Shown: in pieces, positions 9,249 to 19,437 of the stretch
How positions within the stretch are numbered: position 1 is the first letter of the stretch
Layout: each line of letters begins with the position of its first letter
Assembly: GCA_039923495.1 (NCBI GenBank)
Contig: JBDTCO010000087.1
Location: 14,404 to 78,403 of the forward strand
Reading direction: 5' to 3'
Length of the DNA: 64,000 nt
From: Polyangia bacterium
Lineage (GTDB): Bacteria > Myxococcota_A > Polyangia > Palsa-1104
The notes under the pieces: generated by a model
Seen by the model: the letters and a program-made list of their open reading frames with translations, nothing else
Database searches by the model: none
What the model was told of the DNA's origin: nothing
Program-made: the position numbers and the translations under genes

Positions 9249-10727
9249 ATGGCAACTTCGGCGAACCTCGAGGTCAGGATAGGAAGCATCCTCAGCGACA
9301 CCTACGAGATCGTGCGGGTGCTCGGGGAAGGCGGCATGGGCGCGGTGTGGGAAGCGAGCCACCTCCGCCTGCCGGGTAAGCGGTGCGCGGTCAAGGTCCT
9401 CCATGCGCAGGCGAGCGCGGACCACGAGGCGTACGCGCGCTTCCGTCGCGAGGCGGACATCGCGTCGCGCATCGGCCACCCCAACATCATCGAGGTGCTC
9501 GACTGGAACACGCTGCCGAGCGGCTCACCCTACCTCGTCCTCGAGTATCTCGACGGAGAGGATCTCGCGGCGAGGCTCGCGCGAGGTCCCGTGCCGCTCG
9601 GCGAGACGCTCGCCATCGCGAGGCAGATCGGCTCGGCGTTGAAGGCCGCCCACGCGAACCAGGTGGTCCATCGTGATCTGAAGCCCGGCAACATCTTCCT
9701 GGTTCCCCGCGAGGTCGATGGCAACATCGTCGACCACGTCAAGGTGCTCGACTTCGGCATCTCGAAGATCCGCAACTCGCAGACGGTGCAGACGCAGGAC
9801 GCGGTCCTGCTCGGCACGCCGCAGTACATGGCGCCCGAGCAGGCGCTCGGCAAGAACAACGAGATTGATGGACGCACCGATGTGTTCGCGCTCGCTGCGA
9901 TCGTCTACGAGATGCTCTCGGGACGGCCGCCGTTCCTCGGTGCTTCGCTGGCAGAGGTCGTGTTCAAGGTGGTGTACGAGCCGGTGACGCCGCTCCAGCA
10001 GCTCGTGCCCGATGTGCCTCTGGCTGTCGCTGCGGCCATCGAGCACGCGATGCAGAAGGTCGCGTCCGATCGGTACCCCGACGTGTCGAGCTTCATCGAG
10101 GCCCTCACCGGACGTGGGCTCGCCACCACGGATCGTCGCGCCATCACGCAGGGCGCGCCCGTCGTCGCGGCGGCCGGCGAGCGGACTGCCGTCGACCCGC
10201 ACACGTCGCAGGCGCGTGGCGAGGTGGAGTCCGCGCCGTCGGTGCAGCAGCGCGGCGGCAAGCCGTGGATGTTCTTCGCCGCGGCGATCATCGTGGGTGG
10301 CCTGGGCGCGTTCGCGGTCGTCGAGTTCATGGGCAAGAAGCCGCCCAGCGCGCGGCCGCAGCCGGTGGCTACGAAGCCGGTGGACACCAAGCCGGTGGAC
10401 ACCAAGCCGGTGGACACCAAGCCTTCGGAGCCGCTGAGGCCGCACGTGGCAAAGCCGCACGGCGCGCAGGCCGCGATCTCGCCGGAGGCCGCGGCCATCC
10501 TCGACGAGGCGGACGCCGCGTTCGCGAGGAAGGACATGCAGGGCGCCATCATGCTCGCGCGGCGCAGCATGCAGTACGGCCTGACCCCGCGTGCGTACGG
10601 GCTGCTGACCCGCGCGCACTGCCACAGCCGCGATCTCACCAATGCGCGTCCCACGTGGCTCCACGTCGCCGCGGGCGACAGGGCGAGCATCCGCAAGGAG
10701 TGCTCGACCTTCGGCATCGACCTCTAG
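9249..10727 (+). CDS. Ser/Thr protein kinase with TM segment and (TKPVD)3 repeat linker
   Basis: LGEGGMGAVWEA...AVKVL; VHRDLKPGNIF; DFGISK; YMAPEQ; TM FFAAAIIVGGLGAFAVVEF. Confidence 0.9.
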   Translation: MATSANLEVRIGSILSDTYEIVRVLGEGGMGAVWEASHLRLPGKRCAVKVLHAQASADHEAYARFRREADIASRIGHPNIIEVLDWNTLPSGSPYLVLEYLDGEDLAARLARGPVPLGETLAIARQIGSALKAAHANQVVHRDLKPGNIFLVPREVDGNIVDHVKVLDFGISKIRNSQTVQTQDAVLLGTPQYMAPEQALGKNNEIDGRTDVFALAAIVYEMLSGRPPFLGASLAEVVFKVVYEPVTPLQQLVPDVPLAVAAAIEHAMQKVASDRYPDVSSFIEALTGRGLATTDRRAITQGAPVVAAAGERTAVDPHTSQARGEVESAPSVQQRGGKPWMFFAAAIIVGGLGAFAVVEFMGKKPPSARPQPVATKPVDTKPVDTKPVDTKPSEPLRPHVAKPHGAQAAISPEAAAILDEADAAFARKDMQGAIMLARRSMQYGLTPRAYGLLTRAHCHSRDLTNARPTWLHVAAGDRASIRKECSTFGIDL

Positions 10728-10733
10728 CGCCAC

Positions 10734-12323
10734 GTGCGGAGGGTTCTCGTTGCCGTGCTCGTGCTGCTGCCCGTCGTGGCGGCCGCGCAGCCGTATCCGG
10801 CCGTCGCGCGCTACGGTGACCCGCTCGCGCAACCGCCGCGGAGCGACCTCGAGCGACGCATCGAGGCGCTGACGGCGGAGCTCGCCAAGGCCGAGCGTCG
10901 CACTCAGCCGAGGCCGGACGCGCGGCTCGAGCGCGCGGTCACCGCGATCGCGAGCGCGCGGCGCGAAGACGATCGCGGCACGCCGTCCAACGAGCTCGTG
11001 GAGTCCGCGCTCCGGCTCTACGGAATCGTCGAGCCGTCGCCGCACCTCATCGTGGCTCGCGCGTCGGTGGGCGCGGACGACGAGCTGCTCGACGAGCTCC
11101 GCACGCAGCTGCCACGCGCGCTCGGCTCGGGCCACTACAGTCGCGTCGGTGCAGCGGTGGTGGTGCACGGCGAGTCGCTGCGCGTGGTCGTCGCGCTCGG
11201 TGATTCGTACATCGAGCTCCGCCCGATGCCGCGCGAGCTCCTGAACGGTGGACCGACGCCGCTCGCCGGTCGTTTGCTCGGTGGCTTCCAGCGGCCGAGC
11301 GCGTTCGTCACGGCGCCGAACGGTCACGCGGACGCGATTTCCCTCGGCGGTGATGCGCGCAGCTTCACGGGGACGTTCCGTTGTGGCGTCGAGCGGGGTC
11401 GTTACCAGGTCGAGGTCGCCGCGGAGGATCGCTACGGCGAGACTGTGCTCGCCAACTTTCCCATCTACTGCGGAGTGGCCGCTCCGAAGACGCTCGACCT
11501 GCGCGTGATGCCGAGGGAGCCGCCTGTCACTGACGCGCCCGCTGCCGAGGCGAGGCTCTTCGCGCTGCTCAACGCCGATCGCGCTCACGCCGGGCTCGCG
11601 CGCCTCCTTGCCGATCCGCGGCTCACCGACGTCGCTCGCGCCCACTCCCGCGACATGCTCGTGCACGACTTCGTCGGCCACGTATCACCCACGACCGGGG
11701 ATGCCTCGAATCGAGTGGCGCGCGCGAAGATCCCCGCGCAGCTCATCCTCGAGAACGTCGCGCGCGCGGGGACGCCCGGTGAGGTGGAACGCGGCCTCAT
11801 GGAGAGCCCCGGTCACCGCCGCAACATCCTCAACGCCGACGCAAAGTTCGTTGGCATCGGCGTCGCGCTCGCCGAGACGCTGGGCGGCCAGAAGGAGCTC
11901 ATCGTCACGCAGCTCTTCACGGCACCCGAGGCGTCGTTTCGGGCCGCGCGTCCCGACGAGCTGCGCGCGCGCATCGCGGAGCTGCGGCGTCAGCGTGGGC
12001 TGCCGGCGCCGCTCGCCGATCCCGAGCTCGATCGCATCGCGAGCAGCGTCGCGCACGACATGGCGGATGGCCGTCTCGACTCGCGCACGGCTGCGCCCGT
12101 CATCGATCGCGCCATGACGCCGCTCGGCGCCCGTTACAGCGCCGTACGCAGCGTTTTTTCGATCGCGACCGAGATCGAGCAGGTCGCCGAATCCCTGAAG
12201 GGATCGCTCCTCACGAAGGGCGCGATCGCGCTCGGCGTCGGCCTCGCTCCCGGCCCGATAACGAGCGACAACGGCCAGCGCATGGCGCACCACGCCGTCC
12301 TCTTGCTGGCGACCCCGCGTTAG
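10734..12323 (+). CDS. secreted protein with two CAP (SCP/PR-1/YkwD-like) domains
   Basis: Signal MRRVLVAVLVLLPVVAAAQ; CAP-like AHSRDMLVHDFVGHVSPTTGDASNRV...GENVA...ESPGHRRNILN...FVGIGVA and a second weaker copy. GTG start 6 nt after the STK stop. Confidence 0.8.
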   Translation: MRRVLVAVLVLLPVVAAAQPYPAVARYGDPLAQPPRSDLERRIEALTAELAKAERRTQPRPDARLERAVTAIASARREDDRGTPSNELVESALRLYGIVEPSPHLIVARASVGADDELLDELRTQLPRALGSGHYSRVGAAVVVHGESLRVVVALGDSYIELRPMPRELLNGGPTPLAGRLLGGFQRPSAFVTAPNGHADAISLGGDARSFTGTFRCGVERGRYQVEVAAEDRYGETVLANFPIYCGVAAPKTLDLRVMPREPPVTDAPAAEARLFALLNADRAHAGLARLLADPRLTDVARAHSRDMLVHDFVGHVSPTTGDASNRVARAKIPAQLILENVARAGTPGEVERGLMESPGHRRNILNADAKFVGIGVALAETLGGQKELIVTQLFTAPEASFRAARPDELRARIAELRRQRGLPAPLADPELDRIASSVAHDMADGRLDSRTAAPVIDRAMTPLGARYSAVRSVFSIATEIEQVAESLKGSLLTKGAIALGVGLAPGPITSDNGQRMAHHAVLLLATPR

Positions 12324-14401
12324 GTCAGTGCGGCCAGGTCTCCTTCGACCGTGGCGCCTTCGCGCGGTGCTCGACCCGCCAGCAGGAGACGTGGGCCGAA
12401 GGGCTCGTGCACGAGCGAGGTGGCGATGGAGCCGTGGGCGACGCCGCGCGCGTGCACCGCGGTGAGGCTCGCGGTGACCAGCCGGTGGGCACCGACGAGT
12501 GGCACTGCGCCGGCCGCCGGCGCCTCGAACACGGCGTCGACGCCGCCATCGTCACGCGGTGCGAGCGCGAAGAGCCTCTGCACCCGTGGCCCCGCATCGT
12601 GCGCGAACGCGCGCAGCCAGGCGAGATGCGCGGATCCAGCGGGGGACGCGAGGTAGTCGGCGGGGAGGCGCTCGACGAGCACGGCGCGGCCGAGGCGCGT
12701 GTCGGTCCCCAGTGATACGGGACCACCGGCACCATCGGAGTGCACGCTCGACGCGACGTAACGAGGACTCGCGCTCGCGTGCGCGACGACGTGCTCGCCC
12801 CGCGCCGGGACCGGCGCCACGTCGCGCACTGCGATCTCCGCGACTCGGCGACGCACCTCGTCGTCCGAGCCGATGCGCGCGCGCGGATCCTTCTGCAGCA
12901 GCGCGATGACGAGCTCGTCCCACGCGGGATCGAGCCGTGGCGCGAGCGCGGTGGGACGTGGCGGTGGATCGTTGAGGTGCTGCCCGACGAAGTCGGGCCC
13001 CACGAACGGCAAGCGGCCGGTGAGGGCGTGGAAGGCGATCGCGCCCAGCGCGTAGAGATCCGCGGTGAAGTCGACGGCGCCGCCGCTCATCTGCTCGGGC
13101 GCCATGTACGCGAGCGTGCCGACGAAGCCTGCGGTCTGCGTCGCCTCCTCGGAGAAAAGGTGTGCTGCGCCGAAGTCGCCGACCTTCACATCGCCCGTTG
13201 GCGTGAAGAAGAGGTTGGCCGGCTTGAGGTCGCGATGCACGACGCCGCGCGCGTGCACGGCCGACAGCGCGTCGAGCACGTCGAGCAGCAAGCGCTTCAC
13301 GAGACCGTCGGCCAGCGGCTGCTGCTCGGCCGGCAGCGCGCGCTCACCGACGTAGAGCCGGTCGAACAACGTGCCGCCCGCGACGTGCTCCATCACCACG
13401 AGGCCCTGGGCCTCGTCGACATCCAGAATCTCGACGACGTTCGGGTGACGCAGTGACCCCACGAGCCGGGCCTCGGCGTAATAGCGCGCCCAGCTCTCGC
13501 GTGCACGCTCCTCGTGCGGTGCCGCGAGCGCCTTGACGGCCACGGTGCGGCCGCTCAGCGTGTCGCGCGCGAGGAACACGCGTCCCGACGCGCCGGCACC
13601 GAGCAGGCGCTCGAGCTCGTAGCGCCCGGCGAGCCGCGTCGCGCCCTCGACAGGTGCGGGACGATGGCGCTCCACGATCGCGGCGCGGCTCGGCGTGCCC
13701 GGGACCTTCGCCACGAGCTCATCGTGGAGCTCGTCTGCGCCGGCGTCCCAGCCCAGGCTGCCGATCGCGACCATGAGCTCCTCGAGCACGACCGCATCGT
13801 CCGGTGCACGACGACGCGCGGCCTGCAGGTGACGCGCAGCCTCCTCGGGCCGACCGAGCGCGACGAGGAGCTGACCGAGCTGCACGCGAGCGCGCTGTGC
13901 CTCGGCCCCATCGGGATCCTGCGCGATGAGCTGCTCGTACGCGAGCCCTGCTTCCCGGATGCGACCGAGCGCGCGCTCGAGCCGCGCGACGTCGAGGAGC
14001 GACTGACCGCGGCGATACAGCTCACGCGCCGTCTGCAGCTCGCCGAGTCGCTCGCGCAGCGCGCCGGCCTCCGCGAAGCGTCGGTGGCGCTCGAACGCCT
14101 CGGCCGCGCGACGCAGGTCCGCCTCGCCGCCGCGCTCGATCTCCTGCGCGACCTGCGCCGCACGCACCGGGTCGTTGGCAGACAGGAGGTGGCCGAGCTC
14201 CGCCGGGCGATCGCCGCGCTCGTGCGCGACCTCGGCCGCGGTCGCAAAGTCCCACACATCGGCGTAGAGCTTCTCCGCGGTGACGAGATCGCCACGCCGA
14301 CGGTACGCCGCGGCTGCATCGGTCAGCCGACCTGCCGCGCGCAGCGACTCGGCCACCTCGTCCGGGAGTTGCTCTGGACCGTCGCTCATGTCCGCCGTCA
14401 A
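12320..14401 (-). CDS. Ser/Thr protein kinase with N-terminal TPR-like region
   Basis: LGAGASGRVFLARD...AVKAL; VHRDLKPANLFF; GDFGAAH; YMAPEQ; N-terminal TPR-like helices. 4-bp convergent overlap with the CAP gene. Confidence 0.88.
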   Translation of the reverse strand: MTADMSDGPEQLPDEVAESLRAAGRLTDAAAAYRRRGDLVTAEKLYADVWDFATAAEVAHERGDRPAELGHLLSANDPVRAAQVAQEIERGGEADLRRAAEAFERHRRFAEAGALRERLGELQTARELYRRGQSLLDVARLERALGRIREAGLAYEQLIAQDPDGAEAQRARVQLGQLLVALGRPEEAARHLQAARRRAPDDAVVLEELMVAIGSLGWDAGADELHDELVAKVPGTPSRAAIVERHRPAPVEGATRLAGRYELERLLGAGASGRVFLARDTLSGRTVAVKALAAPHEERARESWARYYAEARLVGSLRHPNVVEILDVDEAQGLVVMEHVAGGTLFDRLYVGERALPAEQQPLADGLVKRLLLDVLDALSAVHARGVVHRDLKPANLFFTPTGDVKVGDFGAAHLFSEEATQTAGFVGTLAYMAPEQMSGGAVDFTADLYALGAIAFHALTGRLPFVGPDFVGQHLNDPPPRPTALAPRLDPAWDELVIALLQKDPRARIGSDDEVRRRVAEIAVRDVAPVPARGEHVVAHASASPRYVASSVHSDGAGGPVSLGTDTRLGRAVLVERLPADYLASPAGSAHLAWLRAFAHDAGPRVQRLFALAPRDDGGVDAVFEAPAAGAVPLVGAHRLVTASLTAVHARGVAHGSIATSLVHEPFGPRLLLAGRAPREGATVEGDLAALT

Positions 14402-14454
14402 CGTACCATGCCTGGTTTGACCCTTTCGTCGGCCACGTGATACGGGAGGCCACC

Positions 14455-15327
14455 ATGAGCGGACAGAGCGGCAATGTCGTCGGCATCCTGGGGGGCAGTG
14501 GCCTCTACGAGATGGAAGGCCTCACCGACATCGAACGTGTGCGCGTCGACACGCCGTTCGGTGCGCCGTCTGACGAGTTCCTCGTCGGGCGCCTCGGCGA
14601 CACCAAGATGGTGTTCCTGCCCCGTCACGGCCGAGGCCATCGCATCCTGCCGCACGAGATCAACTTCCGCGCGAACATCTGCGCCATGAAGCAGCTCGGT
14701 GTCACATGGCTGCTGTCGGTGTCGGCCGTCGGGTCGATGAAGGAAGACATCCACCCCGGCGACATCGTCATCGTCGACCAGTTCATCGATCGCACGAAGG
14801 CGCGCGAGTCGACGTTCTTCGGCGACGGCATCGCGGGGCACGTGCCGTTCGCGGATCCGATCTGCGCAGATCTCGCCGGCTGGACGTACGAAGCCGCCAA
14901 GGCCTGCGGTGCCCGGGTGCACAAGGGAGGCACGTACGTCGTCATGGAAGGCCCGATGTTCTCGACGCGTGCGGAGTCGAAGCTCTACCGCTCCTGGGGC
15001 GTCGACGTCATCGGCATGACCAACCTGCCAGAGGCCAAGCTCGCTCGCGAGGCCGAGATGAGCTACGCGACGATCGCGCTCGCCACCGACTACGACTGCT
15101 GGCACGAGACGGAGGAGGACGTGTCCGTAGAGGCCGTCGTCGCGCTCCTGCACAAGAACGTCGCGCTCGCGAAGAGCATCGTGAAGAAAACGGTGGAGCT
15201 CATCCCCGCGGGCGCGAAGTCGCGCTACGCGGACGCCGCACGCAATGCCATCATGACCTCGCGCGAGGCGATGCCCGACGAGACGAAGCGGCGGCTCGCT
15301 CCGCTCTTCGGAAAGTATCTGGAGTAA
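14455..15327 (+). CDS. mtnP: S-methyl-5'-thioadenosine phosphorylase
   Basis: GGGAGG RBS 5 nt before ATG; VGILGGSGLY...FLPRHGRGHR...VIGMTNLPEAKLAREAEMSYATIALATDYDCW, typical MTAP/PNP-family motifs. Confidence 0.9.
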   Translation: MSGQSGNVVGILGGSGLYEMEGLTDIERVRVDTPFGAPSDEFLVGRLGDTKMVFLPRHGRGHRILPHEINFRANICAMKQLGVTWLLSVSAVGSMKEDIHPGDIVIVDQFIDRTKARESTFFGDGIAGHVPFADPICADLAGWTYEAAKACGARVHKGGTYVVMEGPMFSTRAESKLYRSWGVDVIGMTNLPEAKLAREAEMSYATIALATDYDCWHETEEDVSVEAVVALLHKNVALAKSIVKKTVELIPAGAKSRYADAARNAIMTSREAMPDETKRRLAPLFGKYLE

Positions 15328-15336
15328 GGGGAGCCC

Positions 15337-16272
15337 ATGTCACTCGGAGTCGTCGTCGTCGGTTCGGTCGCGCTCGATACGCTGGAGCTCGGCGGCAAGG
15401 TCTACCCGGATACGCTGGGTGGCTCTGCCTCGTTCTTCTCCATCTCGGCCGCGCACTTCGCGAAGGTCAGCCTCGTCGCCGTCGTCGGTGAGGATTTCCC
15501 GTCGGAGCACAAGGCGTACATCAGCGGGCGTGGGGTCGACGTCACCGGCCTGTCCTCCGCGAAGGGCAAGACGTTCCGCTGGAGTGGTCGCTACTCCGAT
15601 GATCTGTCGAGCCGCACCACGCTCGACACGCAGCTCAACGTCTTCGCAGACTTCAAGCCGAAGCTGCCCGAGTCGTACCGCAAGGCCGAGATGCTGTTCC
15701 TCGGCAACATCCACCCGGCGCTGCAGCTCGAGGTGCTCGACCAGGTCGAGAAGCCGAAGCTCGTCGCGATGGACACGATGAACTTCTGGATCGAGGGTGA
15801 GCTCGCCGCGGTCAAGAAGGTGTGCGCGCGCATCGACACGCTCATCCTCAACGACGAGGAGGCGCGCCAGTTGTCCGGCGAGCACAACCTTCCGAAGGCC
15901 GCGCGCGCGATCCACAAGATGGGCCCGCGAACCATCATCGTGAAGCGCGGCGACGCCGGTGCGCTGCTGTTCTACGAGCACGGGGGCAAGCAGGGCGTGT
16001 TCGCGACGCCGGCGTATCCGCTCGAGCAGGTCGTCGACCCCACGGGCGCCGGCGACACGTTCGCGGGCGGCTTCATGGGCTCGCTCGCCCGCACGGGCTC
16101 GTTCGATCCGGGCGCGATCCGTCGCGCGATGTTCCACGGCTCGGTGATGGCGTCGTTCTGCGTCGAGGGCGTCGCACATGACCGTCTGCGCACGGTCACG
16201 ATGTCGGAGATCGAGTCGCGCTACGGCGCGTTCTGCGACCTCACGCACTTCGAGACGCTGCACCTGAAGTAG
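15337..16272 (+). CDS. PfkB-family carbohydrate/nucleoside kinase
   Basis: VVGSVALDT...; DPTGAGDTFAGGF (ribokinase-family anion hole/ATP motif). Follows mtnP by 9 bp. Confidence 0.85.
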   Translation: MSLGVVVVGSVALDTLELGGKVYPDTLGGSASFFSISAAHFAKVSLVAVVGEDFPSEHKAYISGRGVDVTGLSSAKGKTFRWSGRYSDDLSSRTTLDTQLNVFADFKPKLPESYRKAEMLFLGNIHPALQLEVLDQVEKPKLVAMDTMNFWIEGELAAVKKVCARIDTLILNDEEARQLSGEHNLPKAARAIHKMGPRTIIVKRGDAGALLFYEHGGKQGVFATPAYPLEQVVDPTGAGDTFAGGFMGSLARTGSFDPGAIRRAMFHGSVMASFCVEGVAHDRLRTVTMSEIESRYGAFCDLTHFETLHLK

Positions 16273-17026
16273 CAGCGGCTGCGACGACGATGGTCACGCA
16301 GCTCGCGCGCATCGCGAGTGCGGCGAGGCCGAGCAGCAGCGTCGCGCCGTTGAAGAGCCCAAGCGGGTGCGTGCATGCCACCGCGGCGATACACGCGCCC
16401 ATCGAAGCGAGCTCGAGCAGCACGAGCGAAGCAGGAACGCCGCGGACCGCGACGCCGAGACAGCTCCACAGCCCGCGAGCCTCGTCGGTGATCGCGACGC
16501 CACGCGCCACGTCGACGAGGACCGCGAGGAACGCAGACGTCACCGCGTACGCGACGAGCGCTGCCGCGAGCGCCGGCCACGCAGCGCCGAAGCTCTGCGC
16601 CTCGCGCGCCGACCACGCAATGCCCGGGGCGAAGGCGGCCGGCAGCGTGCGCAGCGGCAGCGCGACGAGCACGACGCCCAGGCCGCGAGCGCACGCGAGA
16701 CCCGTTGGCATGCGCGACTCCGTGGCACGCAGCGCGACGAGCACCTCGACCAGCCACACCGCAGGGCCTGCGACGAGCAGCGCCACCAGCACACCGCCCG
16801 TCAGCGCGCCCGAGAGCCCCCGCGCCTTCACGAACAGCTCGGCGAGGAGCGTGTCGTCGAGTGTGGTCTGCTGCAAGCCGCGCGCGGTCGGCGCGAGGTC
16901 GAGCCAGGGCGCGAGCGCGCGATCGAACGGCACGAGGCCGAGCAGCGATGGTAGTACGAGCGCGATGAAGAGGATCACGGGGAGCCGCGGCTCGCGACGA
17001 ACGAGCGCCCACGCGTCGGCGATCAT
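16241..17026 (-). CDS. polytopic hypothetical membrane protein
   Basis: Multiple hydrophobic segments; ATG overlaps the stop of the upstream M1 peptidase gene (ATGA). Convergent 32-bp overlap with pfkB 3' end. Confidence 0.6.
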   Translation of the reverse strand: MIADAWALVRREPRLPVILFIALVLPSLLGLVPFDRALAPWLDLAPTARGLQQTTLDDTLLAELFVKARGLSGALTGGVLVALLVAGPAVWLVEVLVALRATESRMPTGLACARGLGVVLVALPLRTLPAAFAPGIAWSAREAQSFGAAWPALAAALVAYAVTSAFLAVLVDVARGVAITDEARGLWSCLGVAVRGVPASLVLLELASMGACIAAVACTHPLGLFNGATLLLGLAALAMRASCVTIVVAAAATSGAASRSA

Positions 17027-18936
17027 CGCAGCACCCAGGACAGCATCATCGCGAGGACGAGCTCGGCGCTCGTGACGAGCGTGCGGCGCGGGCCCGCGTC
17101 CGGCGTGACGCGCTTGCCATCGTCGTAGCGGTCGAGATCGATCGGCGTGTCCTGGTCGGGGTAGAGGCGTGCCTCCACGAGCGGACTCTTGCTGTCGAGC
17201 TCGATGCGCCGCCACCGCGTCTCGCCGAGCTCGACGAGCGTGTCGCGCTCGCTGCCGTCCGCGAACGTCGCTCGCACCGTCACGGGGAGCGCATAGTCAC
17301 CGAGGCGCTCGACGAGGATCGTGCTGTGGCGCTCACCATCGAGCGTCGCGTGCGCGACCTCCCTGACGCCGCCGTCGGGCGTGTCGAACAGGCCTTCGTC
17401 CGCGCGCCTCGGCTCGGTGGTCACGCGCGTGATCGCGTAGTCGAAGCGACCAGGCTGCTCGATGGTGTCGATGAGGAAGCGCCGCAGTACCGGCGGAATG
17501 CCATCGAACGCGGCGAAGAAGTCTGCGCGGTGCGGGTGGTGGAAGCGCTGTGCGTCCGCGTATGCACGGAGTCGTCGCTCCATCTCCGGCCCGCCGAGCC
17601 GCGCGGCGAGCGTTTGCATCACGAGCGACGTCTTGCGATACGTGAGCTGCGCATAGGCCGACTTCGACGAGAACGCATACGACGGGATCGCGACGGCATC
17701 CGGCGCGTCCCCGCGGAGGGCGAGCCGCTCGAAGTCGCGGTACGTCACGCGATGACCGAGGAGCTCGTAGATGAGGCCACGGGGCGGCGTCAGGGCATCG
17801 AGCACCCATCCCGTGGCCAGCTCGGTGAGGCCCTCGTCCAGCCAGGCCTCGTTGACCTCGTCGCTGGCGATCATCCCCTGGAACCACTGGTGCGCGCCTT
17901 CGTGCGCAGTGGTCAGCTCGGCGATGTAGACGCCGGGTGGCGTGGGCTCGTCGCTCGTGAAGTAGAGCGTGGGGTACTCCATGCCGCTCGCTTGCTCGGA
18001 GCCCGCGGGCACCTCGACGACGGTGAGCTGCGTGTACGGGTAGGGGCCGAGCCTCCGCCCGAGCTCCACGAGCGTCGTTTTCGCCGCCGCGAGGTGTCGC
18101 GCGACCTGCTCGTCGAGCGACGAGCGACCCAGCAGCACGACGTGGATGGGCGGCAGGCCGGAGCCGTCGTCGACGTCGGTCGCGTGCTCCACGAACCGCG
18201 CGTCCGCGGTGAACACGAAGTCGTGTACGTCGTCGGCGTGATACGTGACGACCTGACGCATGCCCTCTGCCCGCGCAGATGTGCGGATGCCCGTCGCGCC
18301 GACCCCGAGCTGCGACGGCAGATCGAGCGTGACGTCGTACGTTCCGAAGTCGGCGTAGAACTCGCTGTCGGCGTGGTGCTCGTCGGCGACGAAGCGACAC
18401 TCCGGCTCGCACGCGTACACCGCTACCTTCGGGAACCACTGCGCCACGGCGTAGAAGCCGTCGTGCACCCCGGTGCGATCGACGATATCCGGCAGCCGCG
18501 TGGTGAAGTCGAGGAGCACCTCCACCGACTCGCCCGGCGCGACCGCGCGCTCGAGCGTGAGCGTCGCGAGCGTCTGATCGCCTTTGGTGGGCACCGTGAG
18601 CGTACTCGGCACCTCGCTGCCATCGCGCCGCACCGCGACCTCGGAGACCTCGACGAACCCCCACTTGCCATCGGGGATCGCGGGGCTGTCGTGCGCCACA
18701 CGCTCCCGCAGGAACGTCGACTGCTCGTTCTTGAACGCGTTCATGTACAGGTGGAACACGAGCTTGTCCGTGGGCTCGAGACCACCATTGCGCCACGTGA
18801 GCGTCTCGTGGCCGCGCACCTCGCGGCTCGGCTCGTCGAGTCGGGCCTCGATGCGGTAGCTCGCGGTGCGCGTCGACAGCGGCTGTTGCGCGCGCAGCGC
18901 ACCGGCGAGACCCAGGAGGACGACGAGCGTGTGCAT
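17023..18936 (-). CDS. secreted M1-family zinc metallopeptidase (aminopeptidase N-like)
   Basis: Signal MHTLVVLLGLAGALRA; HEGAHQWF ... WLDEGLTE (HExxH + downstream E) characteristic of gluzincin M1. Confidence 0.88.
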   Translation of the reverse strand: MHTLVVLLGLAGALRAQQPLSTRTASYRIEARLDEPSREVRGHETLTWRNGGLEPTDKLVFHLYMNAFKNEQSTFLRERVAHDSPAIPDGKWGFVEVSEVAVRRDGSEVPSTLTVPTKGDQTLATLTLERAVAPGESVEVLLDFTTRLPDIVDRTGVHDGFYAVAQWFPKVAVYACEPECRFVADEHHADSEFYADFGTYDVTLDLPSQLGVGATGIRTSARAEGMRQVVTYHADDVHDFVFTADARFVEHATDVDDGSGLPPIHVVLLGRSSLDEQVARHLAAAKTTLVELGRRLGPYPYTQLTVVEVPAGSEQASGMEYPTLYFTSDEPTPPGVYIAELTTAHEGAHQWFQGMIASDEVNEAWLDEGLTELATGWVLDALTPPRGLIYELLGHRVTYRDFERLALRGDAPDAVAIPSYAFSSKSAYAQLTYRKTSLVMQTLAARLGGPEMERRLRAYADAQRFHHPHRADFFAAFDGIPPVLRRFLIDTIEQPGRFDYAITRVTTEPRRADEGLFDTPDGGVREVAHATLDGERHSTILVERLGDYALPVTVRATFADGSERDTLVELGETRWRRIELDSKSPLVEARLYPDQDTPIDLDRYDDGKRVTPDAGPRRTLVTSAELVLAMMLSWVLR

Positions 18937-18963
18937 GACCGGACGTCATGGTAGTACGAACTC

Positions 18964-19437
18964 GTGGAGCGGGAGCTCGTCAGCGAATCTCTCGAGGACA
19001 CCCTCGCGCTCGGCGCGCGCATCGGTGCCGCGGTCGTCGCGGGGGACTTCATCGCGCTCGAGGGGCCGCTCGGTGCCGGCAAGAGCCGCCTCGCGGAGGG
19101 CATCGCGCGAGGCCTCGGGATCCCCGCGGACGAGCGCATCCCGAGCCCCACCTTCACCATCGTGAACGAGCACGCCGCGCGCCTCCTGCTGGTACACGCG
19201 GACTTCTATCGCCTCGGCTCGCCGGAGGAACTCGACGAGATCGGCTGGCGCGACTACGAGGCGCGCGAGTGTGTGTTCGTCGTGGAGTGGCTCTCGCGCA
19301 TCGGCGAGCGTGCGCCCGACGATCGGCTCACCGTCGAGCTCGCGCCGCGCGGAGGGGACACGCGCGCGATCCGCCTCTCGTCGAGCGGACCTGCCTCCGA
19401 GCGACTATTTCTTGCTCTTGCAGCTCGATCGGACTGA
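18964..19437 (+). CDS. tsaE: tRNA threonylcarbamoyladenosine biosynthesis ATPase TsaE
   Basis: LGARIGAAVVAGDFIALEGPLGAGKS (P-loop), SPTFTIVNEH, ADFYRLGSPEEL, VEW; matches E. coli YjeE organisation. Confidence 0.8.
   Translation: MERELVSESLEDTLALGARIGAAVVAGDFIALEGPLGAGKSRLAEGIARGLGIPADERIPSPTFTIVNEHAARLLLVHADFYRLGSPEELDEIGWRDYEARECVFVVEWLSRIGERAPDDRLTVELAPRGGDTRAIRLSSSGPASERLFLALAARSD

Noticed and set aside
9525-11681. 718-aa minus-strand ORF antisense to the second kinase and the CAP-domain gene
   Set aside because: Arg/Asp/His/Glu-rich low-complexity translation typical of antisense frames in 70 % GC DNA; it overlaps two well-supported sense genes with recognisable motifs.
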